Source: Nitrospirales bacterium (GTDB lineage: Bacteria > Nitrospirota > Nitrospiria > Nitrospirales > UBA8639). From it: a DNA stretch of 64,000 nt. The position numbers and the translations under genes are program-made. Each line of letters begins with the position of its first letter. Position 1 is the stretch's first letter. The stretch lies in NCBI GenBank assembly GCA_963555755.3, contig OY820905.2:128001-192000 (forward strand). The letters run 5' to 3'. The notes below the pieces were generated by a model. The model saw only the letters and a list, made by a program, of their open reading frames with translations. It was not told the DNA's origin and made no database searches. Below are positions 19,689-30,485 of the stretch, piece after piece.

Positions 19689-19810
19689 GGGGAGGTTCAA
19701 AAAGGTGTGCTCAGCAAGGCCGCAGGCCCTTTGACGCGCGGGGCGTACTCATAGTACGCGAGCACGACAAAGGGCCGGGAATGAAGCTGACGCCCTTTTT
19801 CAACATTCCC
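19689..19810. repeat. Family D repeat, reverse orientation
   Basis: Reverse complement matches the 12064 and 39596 copies; ends 26 bp before the ProA-like start. Confidence 0.85.
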
Positions 19811-19836
19811 TTGATGTTTCCTGAAAGGGAGGGGAT

Positions 19837-21192
19837 ATGGTTGAAGTTCCAATAAAAATGCACATTCAAAATTTGGCTCGAACGGCGAGTCAGGCTGCCA
19901 GGCCATTGGCGCTCCTGTCAAGCCGTCAACGGACATTGGCTTTGGAGGCGATGGCCGACCAGCTGGAGCAACGCGTCGATGAGGTTCTGGCGGCGAATAA
20001 ACAAGATCTTGATGCCATCCCAAAAGATATTGGAACGGATGTCTATCGTAAAATTCGTGATCGAGTCACGGTGGTTAACGATGATGTGCTTCAGATGGTG
20101 GAGACGATTCGCCGTATCAGTGCCGAGCCTGATCCTATTGGACAGGAAACCCAAGGGTGGATGTCGGTTGATGGTTTGCAGGTAAGCCGCATTCGGGTGC
20201 CTATTGGCGTGATCGGGATCATATCGGAATTTGGGCCTGAGGTGTCGGTCGAGTCTATGGCGATGTGTCTGCGTTCCGGCAATGTGTGTATCCTTCGAGG
20301 GGGCAAAGAATGGTTTTTAACGAATTCTGCTGTGATGACCGTGCTTCGGGAAGCCGCTGAGGGGCAGGAGATCCCAGTTGGAGCGATGACCTTTATTGAC
20401 CGGCCGGAAAAGGAGGGGGTATTGGAAATGACCCGCCTCACCAAGTTCATCAATGGGGTGATCCCCCGTGGCAATGCCGGGTTGCGAAAGGCGATCATGG
20501 AGCAATCTCGGGTCCCTGTCCTTGGGTATGATGGTGGACTCTGTCATGTCTTTATTGATCGGGAGGCTGAGCTGCCGTTGTCGCAAGGAGTCGTAGTCAA
20601 CTCTAAAATCCAAGATCCCTTGGCATCGAATGCGGCTGATACCCTCTTGGTTCATCAAGGCATTTCTCGACAGTTTTTGCCTGGGATTCTTCGGCGTTTG
20701 CTCAGTGAATTTAAGATTGATCTGATTGGGTGTCCGAAAACCGTTTCGTTATTGGGGTTCATGGAGATGACAGGACATAAAGCCATTGAAAAAGCGAAAG
20801 AAGAAGATTGGGGACAAAAGGTTCAATCGTTGAGGTTGGCGATCAAGGTCGTTGACAGTTTGGATGAAGCGATTGAACATATCAACGCATATGGTCCTGG
20901 GCATACGGATACCATTGTGACCCGTGATTACGATACTGCCATGCGGTTTGTTCGTGAAGTTGATTCCAGTGCGGTGTTGGTAAATGCCTCGACACGGGTG
21001 CATGCCGGTTCTGAACTGGGCTTGGGGTCGGAAATTGGGATGAATACTACACATTTTCACATTCGAGGTCCCTTGACGCTGCAGTCTTTGACCGTGGAAA
21101 AGATGGTTGGGTTTGGAACCGGCCAACTCCGGTACCCCCATCCTGTACCGCGAGAATATGAAGATGCCATGATGCTTTCCGCCAAGTTTTAA
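19837..21192 (+). CDS. Divergent gamma-glutamyl phosphate reductase-like protein, catalytic Cys replaced by Ser
   Basis: RVPIGVIGII, RGGKE, VDSSAVLVNAST, RGP; PLASNA in place of PxxCNA. Confidence 0.8.
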   Translation: MVEVPIKMHIQNLARTASQAARPLALLSSRQRTLALEAMADQLEQRVDEVLAANKQDLDAIPKDIGTDVYRKIRDRVTVVNDDVLQMVETIRRISAEPDPIGQETQGWMSVDGLQVSRIRVPIGVIGIISEFGPEVSVESMAMCLRSGNVCILRGGKEWFLTNSAVMTVLREAAEGQEIPVGAMTFIDRPEKEGVLEMTRLTKFINGVIPRGNAGLRKAIMEQSRVPVLGYDGGLCHVFIDREAELPLSQGVVVNSKIQDPLASNAADTLLVHQGISRQFLPGILRRLLSEFKIDLIGCPKTVSLLGFMEMTGHKAIEKAKEEDWGQKVQSLRLAIKVVDSLDEAIEHINAYGPGHTDTIVTRDYDTAMRFVREVDSSAVLVNASTRVHAGSELGLGSEIGMNTTHFHIRGPLTLQSLTVEKMVGFGTGQLRYPHPVPREYEDAMMLSAKF

Positions 21193-21203
21193 CAGCCTGT
21201 CTC

Positions 21204-21281
21204 CGTGATGCGTGAAGTGTTGGGGAAAAGAGGAATGCTCTGGTTCCTCCACGCATTACGCATCACGCATTACGCTTCACG
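21204..21281. repeat. Heptamer-repeat hairpin (same unit as 14610)
   Basis: cgtgatgcgtgaag ... cacgcattacgcatcacgcattacgcttcacg. Confidence 0.75.
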
Positions 21282-21342
21282 TCCATAAGAACGCCGCTGT
21301 CGAACTCCTCGGTCAACATGCCCTTGTGAAAGGCCTTTCACT

Positions 21343-22794
21343 GTGTCGGTCGAAGCACGTCTTTTACAGCATTTAGCCACGTGGGGCCTTCGTGAATTCG
21401 TTCATGAACGGGACTACGACGTGTGGCAACGGGAATCGCTTTCTTCGCAGGTCTTGCACCAGCTTCATGAGTTGGCGGAAAAACGTCAGGGTGGTGCGGA
21501 TGCCGCATCCGATCAAGAATTTTATGACCTGGTATCCTCTGTAACCGTTTTGCCGGTCGTGTATAGCCAGCGCTTTGGCTACTATCGAGCCGTCGGAATA
21601 GCCCTCAGCCATTGCCTTGAACCGGGGAAATCGGTTTTGGATTTTGGGTGTGGAGTTGGTATTCTCACCACCTGGTATGCGTCCATGTTTCCCGACTGTG
21701 TGTTCACTGGCGTGGATCGTTCGCCTCAATCGATTGCGGTGGCCCGGCAACACGCCGAAGACTTACAGTTGGACAATGTCTCGTTTCAATTTTGCGTGGT
21801 TCCTGAGGACAATGTGTCAGGAATGTTTGATTTGATTATTTCCACGCAAGCCCTGTTTCAATCGGAAACTGACCCTGGATTGCCTAGCCGGTCCTGGGAA
21901 GGTTTTAATCGAGGGGATGATCCTCAACGGCAAACGGCGTATGAGATTCGTACCGGTATTGGCGAGCGGTTAGATTGGTTGTTGGCGAGGTTGAATCCAC
22001 TGGGCTGCATGTTGGCTTTTGAAAAGACTCGTCATCTTGGACGTCGGGTGCTCTTTCAGCGGGCGTTAGCCGCGCGTGGGTTGCGTTGCAAGAAGGATCC
22101 TGTGTTTCTCCGCTATTCCTCGGTCGATGAACACATCCTGGACGGCCCGTTGTATTCTCTGACGTTGGAGGCTACACCCTTCACTTTTGAGGAGGCACCT
22201 AACACTGAGCCCCAGAGTCATGTGTATCGATGTCAGGGGGGAAATGCTGAGTGGGTCTGGTCTAAGTTTGCTGAGGTGGGAACTCTTGATCAGCCAGTGC
22301 CTGTACAATTTGGTGCGCAAGAGATTCAATGGCAATTGTGTCGGACGGTGGCCGGGCTGTTGTGCGGACGGGTGTTCATCCCTGGGGTGTTTACAGGAGT
22401 GCTTGTGGGCATGAATGACGATGACGAATTATTGAAGAAAATTGTTGGCGAGCTTCTTCATCCAAGCAATCCTGAGAAGATTTTTCAGGAGGTGCTGCAC
22501 GGTATTTGGTCAACGGAAGAGGCCTCGGAAACATCAGGTGCGCCATTATATGAGAATCATTCCTCCAGCGCTCAGGATATTTGGCAACGGCTTTCGGGTC
22601 GCGTGATTCTTCGGGAAATCACTCGGACCAATTCCGATGGCCAACAATATCATGTGGAACTGGGGCGCTGCGTCAGTCAATTGGTGTATGTGTATTGGGC
22701 CAATACCCTTGATCAACGGCAACTTGTGGTGATGGAGTCAGAGCGGGAGGCTGTATTGGATGAATATTTTTCCGGGTCAGGCGACGATGGCTGA
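21343..22794 (+). CDS. Class I SAM-dependent methyltransferase with unknown C-terminal region
   Basis: VLDFGCGVG, GVD.S, FDLII. Confidence 0.8.
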   Translation: MSVEARLLQHLATWGLREFVHERDYDVWQRESLSSQVLHQLHELAEKRQGGADAASDQEFYDLVSSVTVLPVVYSQRFGYYRAVGIALSHCLEPGKSVLDFGCGVGILTTWYASMFPDCVFTGVDRSPQSIAVARQHAEDLQLDNVSFQFCVVPEDNVSGMFDLIISTQALFQSETDPGLPSRSWEGFNRGDDPQRQTAYEIRTGIGERLDWLLARLNPLGCMLAFEKTRHLGRRVLFQRALAARGLRCKKDPVFLRYSSVDEHILDGPLYSLTLEATPFTFEEAPNTEPQSHVYRCQGGNAEWVWSKFAEVGTLDQPVPVQFGAQEIQWQLCRTVAGLLCGRVFIPGVFTGVLVGMNDDDELLKKIVGELLHPSNPEKIFQEVLHGIWSTEEASETSGAPLYENHSSSAQDIWQRLSGRVILREITRTNSDGQQYHVELGRCVSQLVYVYWANTLDQRQLVVMESEREAVLDEYFSGSGDDG

Positions 22795-22834
22795 TTCCAT
22801 GTTTCAGAACGCCGTTTGGTACGGGTAGGGAACG

Positions 22835-25800
22835 TTAATTCGGCACCATTACTGCCACACTTGGAGTTTTGTCTTCTGGATGTAGGAAAATGCTGGTTCG
22901 GCGAGGACTCAAAAATTCCAGAATCTTTGGGGGGACTTCGCGTGGCCGGAGGCTTCGGGTAATGCTGAGATTCATTTCTTCAGCAAGGTCGACCATGATG
23001 GCTTCTTGTCTCGTTCCTGCAAAATGGGAGGATAGCAATAGCGGTCTGGTCGGATTTTGCAAATTGACGCTAATCACTTGTCCGATGGTTCCATCGGATA
23101 ATTCTACAAGAGTTCCCGGTGGGAACACCGTCATCGTTTGAATCAGCGTCAAGATCACTTCTTTTGAGAATTTTTGTGTCTTGGAGTCTATATACAGGTA
23201 CAATTGGGAAAGCGCTTCATGGGGTGTGAGGCTTTTTTCGGTCTCGGCTGGGTTGCACAGCTCATCATATTCATCCGCCACCATCACGATTTGCGCAAAG
23301 AGGGAGATCTGCTCCTTGGATATTCCCTTGGGAAACCCAGAGCCATCCAGCCGTTCATGATGTTGAATAATGGTCTCGAGGCTGGGGAGCGGAAAATCTT
23401 TGAATTTTGCCATCAATTCTTCCCCTTTTTTAGGGTGGAATTTTGCGGACTCGGGATCTGGCACCATGGTGATCCCGGTCGAAAGAAAATTGACTTTCAT
23501 GGGTAGCATTCGTTTGCCCATGTCGTGAAAGAGTGCTCCGAGGCCCAACATGTGAAGTTCCTCGGGATCTAATCCCATTTCCTTCCCAATGATCGAGGAC
23601 ATGATGCACACGTTGAGGGCATGGGATGACAGCCCCTCGGCCATGCCGGTCGAGCTGACAATATCCATCAGGGTCATGGTGGCTTGTTCATGCTGAAGGA
23701 CGGCTCCGACGTTCCTGACCAGGTGGGCGGCACTTTTAACTGCCGCACGATTGCCGGTCCCAATCCGTTTGAAAATATCTTTACTTTTGCCTAAGACCTT
23801 CCAATAGGCATCTTCGACTTTCTTAAGATGCGTTTTTCTGTCCTGATACAGCCGTTTGCGGTTTTTCTTGATTTCGTCAAGGTCAGGGGCTTCGACGAGT
23901 GTGATCGGCTCTTCCTCAATATCTTCACTGTCATCCTGAAGCGCGAGAAACGTCTCTTCCTCTGAGAATACCTCCAGGGAAAGTTCTTGATCGATTTCGG
24001 GTAATTCCGTGTCATCTGGCTCTAGTTGTTCTGATGGGGTGGGATCTGATAACGCAAGGTCATAGTAGAGTTTCAGTTTCCGAATGCCTTGAATAATCTC
24101 ATATGCCTTCCCATTTGACTAAGGTTAGTCCCTAGACTAGTCTGCTGGACTATGGACACAGGGTATGCTGCTGATATCTTGGATTTTTCTGTTAGGTTCC
24201 ACACCGAAGAAGCGTGCTTCGAGTACTTGCGGGCGATTCGGTGGCCAGACGGGTTTATGTGTCCAGCTTGCGGTCATCGCGGTGGTTGGTGGCTCAAAAA
24301 ATATTTCCGGTTTGAGTGTTCGTCGTGTCATAGACAGACATCACCGCTAAGCGGCACAGTGATGCATAGATCGCACTTGCCGCTACGGCTTTGGTTTTGG
24401 GCTGCCTATTTCGTCTCCACGCACACACCTGGCATCAGTGCTGTGCAATTGCAGCGTCAACTCAGTATCAAGAAGGTGGATAGCGCCTGTATTTGTCCAC
24501 AGATTGCGTGTGGTACGACAGAACCGTGAACGGCTCGCAGGAACAGTTGAAGCACATATGTGGACCGGTAAAAGGCAAAACGGGCCGTGGCGTCGCGCAC
24601 CAAGACGTTTGCCGTAGAAATTGTCACGCTACACACAAGGGGATCACTTTGAAAGCAGGGCGTTTTTTAGCGATGCCTATTTCAAGACGCTGGAGAGAAC
24701 GAGATCAAAGCATTCTCAATAGCCATGTCGCTGAGGGCAGTAAGCAAGTCCGATGGTTGGAAGGGATACTCGGCAAAAGCCTTGGCAGGATACGAACACC
24801 TGAGACGGACCCAGGGTGACCCAGCAAGTGCTGGGAAGCACGCTCCACACATCCATAGAGCGTTCGGCAATCTGCAGTCTGGCATCAGTGCAACACTATC
24901 TTGATGAGTTTGTCTTTCTCTCGTATAGTGATCCAATGAGTACCTTGTTTGTTGAAAATCCTGACCACAGCTCAAAAAATAATCTCAATATCATTTTCGC
25001 AATTTTAAAACTGCTGGTTGCCACGGCCCACCACGAACATTCCAATTTTACGTTAGAGTCCACCGGAGTATCATAGAAAAGTTGGTAATGAGTTAATGTG
25101 TCATGCGTATTGAGCGAGGGATCAGCGGTGGTTGAAGGCATTTCAAAAACATCGCTTGGTATTTTTCCACCGGTTCGAGAGAAAGCAGGGCGTTTACGCG
25201 GAATCCCTTTCTTTCGGTCTTTCCCCATGGTGTTCGGTGGAGCATCACCCCGTACGACTTGGGCTAGGCTTTGGGAGTTTTGGGCTGCCTATATTCGTCT
25301 CCACGCACACACCTTCTTCAGTGCTGGCAATTGCACGCTGGAGTATCAAGAAGGTGATCCCATATCGGTGGACCGGTAAAAGGCAAAACGGGCCGTGGCG
25401 TCGCGAAAGCGAAAACCAAGACGTTAATAGCCGGAGCCGTAGAAATTGTCACGTACACACAAGGGGATCACTTTCGAGAGAAAGCAGGGCGTTTACGATT
25501 AGCGATTCTTCAAGACGCTGGAGAGAACGAGATCAAAGCATTCCTCAATAGCCATGTCGCTGAGGGCAGTAAGATCAAGTCCGATGGTTGGAAGGGATAC
25601 TCGGCAAAAGCCTTGGCAGGATACGAACACCTGAGACGGACCCAGGGTGACCCAGCAAGTGCTGGGAAGCACGCTCCACACATCCATAGAGCGTTCGGCA
25701 ATCTGCAGACCTGGCTGAACGGGATTCACCATGGAGTGGATTCAAAATACCTGCAACACTATCTTGATGAGTTTGTCTTTCGCTATAACCGCCGTGAGAC

Positions 25801-26035
25801 TCCAATGAGTACCTTCCAGAGTTTGTTGAAAATCCTGACCAGCAGCTCAAAACCCTTGGGATTCAATAAACTGAAGCAACCTTAGTTAAATGGGAAGGCA
25901 TATAATCTCAATATCATTTTGTGAGACAATTTTAAAACTGCTGGTTGCAAAAGGATGAGCCCACCACGAACATTCCAATTTTACATAGAGTCCAATTCGG
26001 AGCTCATCGAGGTTTTCAAGACGTTGGTAGGACAT
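22835..26035 (-). pseudogene. DUF3391/HD-GYP phosphodiesterase gene interrupted by IS1595
   Basis: ATG 26035 MSYQRLENLDELRIGLYV...WWAHPF; removing the IS and one duplication restores the frame (DIEIIQGIRK) into HD...HHERLDGSGFP. Confidence 0.88.
24102..25902 (+). mobile_element. IS1595-family element, internally scrambled
   Basis: 25-bp inverted ends with 1 mismatch; 8-bp duplication TAATCTCA (24094-24101, 25903-25910); Zn ribbon RWPDGF.CP.C from 24152 and C-terminal YLDEFVFRYNRR. Confidence 0.9.
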
Positions 26036-26445
26036 GTGGGTTGGACTCCGAAGTTGGTAATGAGTTAATAAGGGTCATGTCGTATTGAGAGAGGGATCAG
26101 CCAATCATGGTGAAGGCATTTCCCACAAAAAAAACATCGCTTGGTATTTTTCTTCTTTACCGGTACGATCGAAATGGTGGCATCTCAGTGAATTTCGGAC
26201 TTCCCTTTCTTTCGGTCTTTCCCCATGGATCTAAACCTTGTTGGGGATGGGGCCTCACCCCGTCTGGCAGGATTGGGTGTATGGTTCTCTAGCAGTAATG
26301 GGAGTTTTGTTGTCTTAGATGATATTGGTTGACTCAAAAGAACATGGCGACGGTCTTCTTCACCCCTCCCTGGCAATGGGTTTCAGGAAATTTGGCCCTG
26401 TTCATCTAGAGGGTATACTCGGTAAAAACCCCTAGGCCTTCTAGC

Positions 26446-27240
26446 GGTTCTGTCGCAAATAGGGGATCGAGGCGAAAAGGTTGGTCGTGACCCGGATGAC
26501 TACGTGGCGAGGGCATGGAACATTTCAGCAGGAGTTTTCCTATCTCCCGCGAGGGTTTTCATCTGCCCTTTCTTAATCATGGCTATGACTTCAATGCCTG
26601 CTAAGGTCCGTTGAGCCGCATGAAAGTTTTTGAAGCCCAGCATCGGTCGCGTGAGCCTTTTGATGCGTCGGTGGTCTTGCTCAATGATGTTGTTCAGATA
26701 TTTGCATTGGCGGATCGTGATACGTGTTTTATTGTCTCGGTTCACTTGTTTGAGACCGGCTGTATTCGCACCACTTTGATCAATATTCACCAGACTGGGT
26801 TTTCCGTTTTGAGCAATCGCTTTTTTCAAAAAGCGTAAGGCCGCCTGCGTATCTCGTGTGGCCGTCAAGAGAAAGTCGATCGTCTGTCCTTGCTTATCAA
26901 CCGCTCGATAATAATATGTCCATTGGCCTTTTATTTTGACGTATGTTTCATCCATTCTCCATCGATGGCCAACGCGTTTCTTCTTCTGTCGAAAGGCCGC
27001 ATCCAATTGTGGCGAATAATGAAGGACCCAGCGATTGATGGTACTGTGATCCACAGTGAAACCCCGTTCGGCCATCATTTCTTCAATATCCCGATAACTG
27101 AGAGAATATGCGAGATACCAGCGAACACTTTGGAGGATCATGTCGTGCTGAAAATGTCGGCCCTTGAAGGTGATAGCTGCCATGTGAGTCTCCCGTGAAA
27201 TGGCTTCATGCTACCATATCCCGATATTTGCGACAGAACC
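26446..27240 (-). mobile_element. IS6-family element
   Basis: 16-bp perfect ends ggttctgtcgcaaata; no target duplication. Confidence 0.93.
26500..27183 (-). CDS. IS6-family DDE transposase
   Basis: FKGRHF, WRMDETY, YLNNIIEQDHR. Confidence 0.95.
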   Translation of the reverse strand: MAAITFKGRHFQHDMILQSVRWYLAYSLSYRDIEEMMAERGFTVDHSTINRWVLHYSPQLDAAFRQKKKRVGHRWRMDETYVKIKGQWTYYYRAVDKQGQTIDFLLTATRDTQAALRFLKKAIAQNGKPSLVNIDQSGANTAGLKQVNRDNKTRITIRQCKYLNNIIEQDHRRIKRLTRPMLGFKNFHAAQRTLAGIEVIAMIKKGQMKTLAGDRKTPAEMFHALAT

Positions 27241-27311
27241 GGAAGCTGCAACCCCTGCGCAACCTGAAGGGGCATGGCTAGAGCCTCGCACTCATAAGCT
27301 GTTGAAAAATA

Positions 27312-27387
27312 TGGTGGCGGTGGAGGGACTTGAACCCCCGGCCCGCGGCTTATGAGTCCGCTGCTCTACCACCTGAGCTACACCGCC
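27312..27387 (-). tRNA. tRNA with CAT anticodon (probably elongator Met; Ile2 not excluded)
   Basis: GGCGGTGTAGCTCAG...CT-CAT-AA...GGTTCAAGTCC...CCGCCACCA, 76 nt; paired G1-C72 argues against initiator. Confidence 0.93.
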
Positions 27388-27723
27388 AACGTAAGGTGTT
27401 TGTTGAAATAACAGTGCCTGGCAAGTGTCCCGATCTATATCATAGGGAAGGGGGATGGGACAAATCTTCCAGAACCGTTTTTCCGTTAGGGGTTGCACAT
27501 GGGGTGTGTAGGAAACTCTGCATGGAGGTTCCTTTGTCAAGGCCTAGTCGTGCGGTAAAATGCGTACCGAAAAAAAATCAAAGATGGCGTATACTGAACC
27601 AACTTGAGGAAAGAAAGCTGTGAAGTGGCATCCTTTTCATTCAGGTATCTTTTGTCGAGTGTGTAAAGGTCAAAGCGTTCAATAAAACAAAGATGGGTGT
27701 AGAAAGTATTCTGGAGATAATGT

Positions 27724-28965
27724 ATGGCTGAGATTATGGCTGCAAGCAAGGGGATCGATACTAATACGGCTTTTGTCGGACGTCAGCCGATTTACGGCCG
27801 TTCGATTGATGTTTTTGCCTATGAATTGTTGTTTCGGAACAATGAAGTCAACCGCGCCTCCTTTACGGATGGGAATGCGGCAACGGCTCAGGTCATGCTC
27901 AATACGTTTGTAGAGATTGGGCTCGATCATATCGTTGATCATCATTTAGCCTTTATTAATTTGACACGGGACTTTGTGCTCGGAAATTACTGTACCGCCC
28001 TGCCGAAGGATCGGGTCGTTCTTGAAGTCCTCGAAAATATGGTTGTTGATCAAGAGCTAATTGATTCTCTGAATCGGTTGTCCGGGTTGGGATATCGCCT
28101 CGCGCTGGATGATTTTGTCTATCATGAATCGCTCAAACCGTTGGTCGAGTTGGCAGATTTTATTAAGGTTGATGTCCTAGAGCTAGACCGAAAGACGGTG
28201 GCTCGGCATGTTGAGATTCTTCGCCAATATCCCGTGAAACTGCTGGCCGAGAAAGTCGAGACACACGAAGAATTTGAGTTTTGTCGGGATTTAGGTTTCG
28301 ATTATTTTCAGGGGTATTTTTTTTGTAAGCCGAATGTCATCTCGGTCAAACCCATGCCCGCGAACCGAATGGCGGTACTCGCACTCTTGACGCAACTCCA
28401 AAACCCGACTATTGAGATTTCTCAACTAGAACGGATTTTCCAGGATGATCTTTCGTTGGGATCCCAAGTGTTGCGGTACATTAACTCGGCCTTTTTCGAA
28501 ATGCCCAAACACATCGATTCGATTGATCAAGCCGTCTATATGGTCGGGACCGATCGCCTTCGTATGTGGGCCAGCCTCCTGATGCTGGCCAGGATCGAAG
28601 AAAAGCCGGTTGAACTATTTGTGACGGCCATTGTTCGAGCCAGGATGTGTGAACAACTGGCCCTTGCGCACCATGTTCCAGACGTTGACCAGTACTTTAC
28701 CGTTGGGCTTTTTTCGATTTTAGACGGGTTGCTGGATCAATCCATGGACGACATTATTCCCACGCTTCCCCTTGAAAGAGAAATTCGTCAGGCCTTGTTG
28801 AATCGGCAGGGGGCCCTTGGTATGACGTTAGATTGTGTGTTGGCGTATGAACGAGGTGATTGGGATACCGTGTTATGTCATGGTTTTGAAGTTGAAACTG
28901 TCAAAGCTGCCTATTTGGAAGCCATTTCATGGACGTCCTATATTACTCCACTTCTCAAGAGCTAA
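27724..28965 (+). CDS. EAL-HDOD protein (YuxH/CdgJ-like)
   Basis: RQPI, YELLFR, ALDDF, AEKVE, FQGYFF, followed by HDOD. Confidence 0.9.
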   Translation: MAEIMAASKGIDTNTAFVGRQPIYGRSIDVFAYELLFRNNEVNRASFTDGNAATAQVMLNTFVEIGLDHIVDHHLAFINLTRDFVLGNYCTALPKDRVVLEVLENMVVDQELIDSLNRLSGLGYRLALDDFVYHESLKPLVELADFIKVDVLELDRKTVARHVEILRQYPVKLLAEKVETHEEFEFCRDLGFDYFQGYFFCKPNVISVKPMPANRMAVLALLTQLQNPTIEISQLERIFQDDLSLGSQVLRYINSAFFEMPKHIDSIDQAVYMVGTDRLRMWASLLMLARIEEKPVELFVTAIVRARMCEQLALAHHVPDVDQYFTVGLFSILDGLLDQSMDDIIPTLPLEREIRQALLNRQGALGMTLDCVLAYERGDWDTVLCHGFEVETVKAAYLEAISWTSYITPLLKS

Positions 28966-28970
28966 CCCTT

Positions 28971-30161
28971 TTACCCAGAGCGCTTATCGTCGATTTCTCC
29001 CATAAATGCATTGAGAACCCCAAGAGCTTGTTCGCCCAGTTCGGGTGCTTGTTCTTCTTGCTCAGGGGCCGGTAAGGCCTCCCCTTTGGGTTGGGGGGTG
29101 ATGATTTTCATGAGATCGTCTTCGAGGTCCTCCGGCGATGGATCGATATCAGACTGAATTGCCGATAGGCGTTGAAGGGCAAAGATGGCCCGGGTATGAT
29201 TATTCCAGGCTCCGGAATGTTCGCTGTCGTGGACACGAGTGATGAGTTGCCAAAAACCCGATTCCATTTCTTCTGCCATGGTCCCGTCTGCCAAAGTATT
29301 CAGTTTTTCGAGCAGGGCTTCTTCGGTGCGTTCGATGCCGCTGATGAAACTCACAATCGACCGCTCAATGGGTTGCGTGGAAAAAGTTTGAATGGTTTTA
29401 CGCCATAGATCAGGACGAACTTCTGAGGTGTCCGGCATGGCCTTCGACGATTCTAATCGACTGTGAAGGGCCGTTAAGTAGTTGTGCAGGGCTTTGACTT
29501 TCCGACCGGATAAACTGCCCAAGGGGATTCCCCAAATATGAGCAATTTCATGATCTTGCATGGGGGTAAGCCCTGCATGTTCGAACTCGCGTTGTGCGGA
29601 AATCAACCGACGTCGTTGTCGTTCCCGACGACGGAGTAGGGTTTGATATTCAATGAACAGTCGCGTCGTCTGATAATCCTCTTTGGAAATTTCGTCTTGG
29701 TCCCATGCTTTGTCTAACCGTCGGATCTCCGGTTTTGGCAAAGCTAAAATCGAGGACTTTTTCCGATCTTCGATGGTCACAGGATCGGCTTGCAAACGAG
29801 TAGTCAGCAAGTCTTCAGCCGCATGGATGGCCGAATCAACCATCTCCATTTGCTTTTTCAGGCATTCGATTTGCAGCCAGGGACGCTCACGTTTTTGACG
29901 AAGGAAAAGGCGATATTGGTCCACACGGGCGCCCACTTCACGAATGGCTTCACCGATCCAGGGTTTAGAGGTTGGTTGGACTCCAGCCATGAATCGGGCG
30001 TCCGGTTGGTCTGCGGCTATATATTCAATATCTTCTTTGGTCACGTCCTGATATTGAAGAAGCAACAACCGAATCATGGTTCGATTTTGGACGGAGAGGG
30101 ACTCGATGGTTGCCTCAATATCTTCTCGCGGGATGGAGACTGACACTGTTGTGGTGCTCAT
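28971..30161 (-). CDS. Hypothetical helical protein
   Basis: 396-aa ORF, co-oriented with its neighbours. Confidence 0.75.
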   Translation of the reverse strand: MSTTTVSVSIPREDIEATIESLSVQNRTMIRLLLLQYQDVTKEDIEYIAADQPDARFMAGVQPTSKPWIGEAIREVGARVDQYRLFLRQKRERPWLQIECLKKQMEMVDSAIHAAEDLLTTRLQADPVTIEDRKKSSILALPKPEIRRLDKAWDQDEISKEDYQTTRLFIEYQTLLRRRERQRRRLISAQREFEHAGLTPMQDHEIAHIWGIPLGSLSGRKVKALHNYLTALHSRLESSKAMPDTSEVRPDLWRKTIQTFSTQPIERSIVSFISGIERTEEALLEKLNTLADGTMAEEMESGFWQLITRVHDSEHSGAWNNHTRAIFALQRLSAIQSDIDPSPEDLEDDLMKIITPQPKGEALPAPEQEEQAPELGEQALGVLNAFMGEIDDKRSG

Positions 30162-30176
30162 AGCAATCCGTTCTCT

Positions 30177-30407
30177 CTAATTTTGAGGTGATGGTCCCTG
30201 CTGGTTTTCCAAATACGAGGCCACGTATTCTCTCAGTTCTTGAATGGTTCCTTTGGAAAATAAATCTCGAGGAACTTCAACCATATGGAGTTGGGATGGA
30301 TCGGCGCCACGTTCAATCGCCCATTCTTCATCAGCATACAGTGTGACGGCACCATCTTTGGCCAGGGTGACAAATAAAATATCTTTTTCTTCAGGTATTT
30401 CTTCCAT
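30177..30407 (-). CDS. Small acidic hypothetical protein
   Basis: 76-aa ORF tightly packed upstream of 30161. Confidence 0.65.
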   Translation of the reverse strand: MEEIPEEKDILFVTLAKDGAVTLYADEEWAIERGADPSQLHMVEVPRDLFSKGTIQELREYVASYLENQQGPSPQN

Positions 30408-30485
30408 GGTGCTCAGAATCCCTAGACCCTTTTGGATAGCATAGCCACGTCGAATCTGTCAAAAAAAGCCCATCGCGTAGCACCT

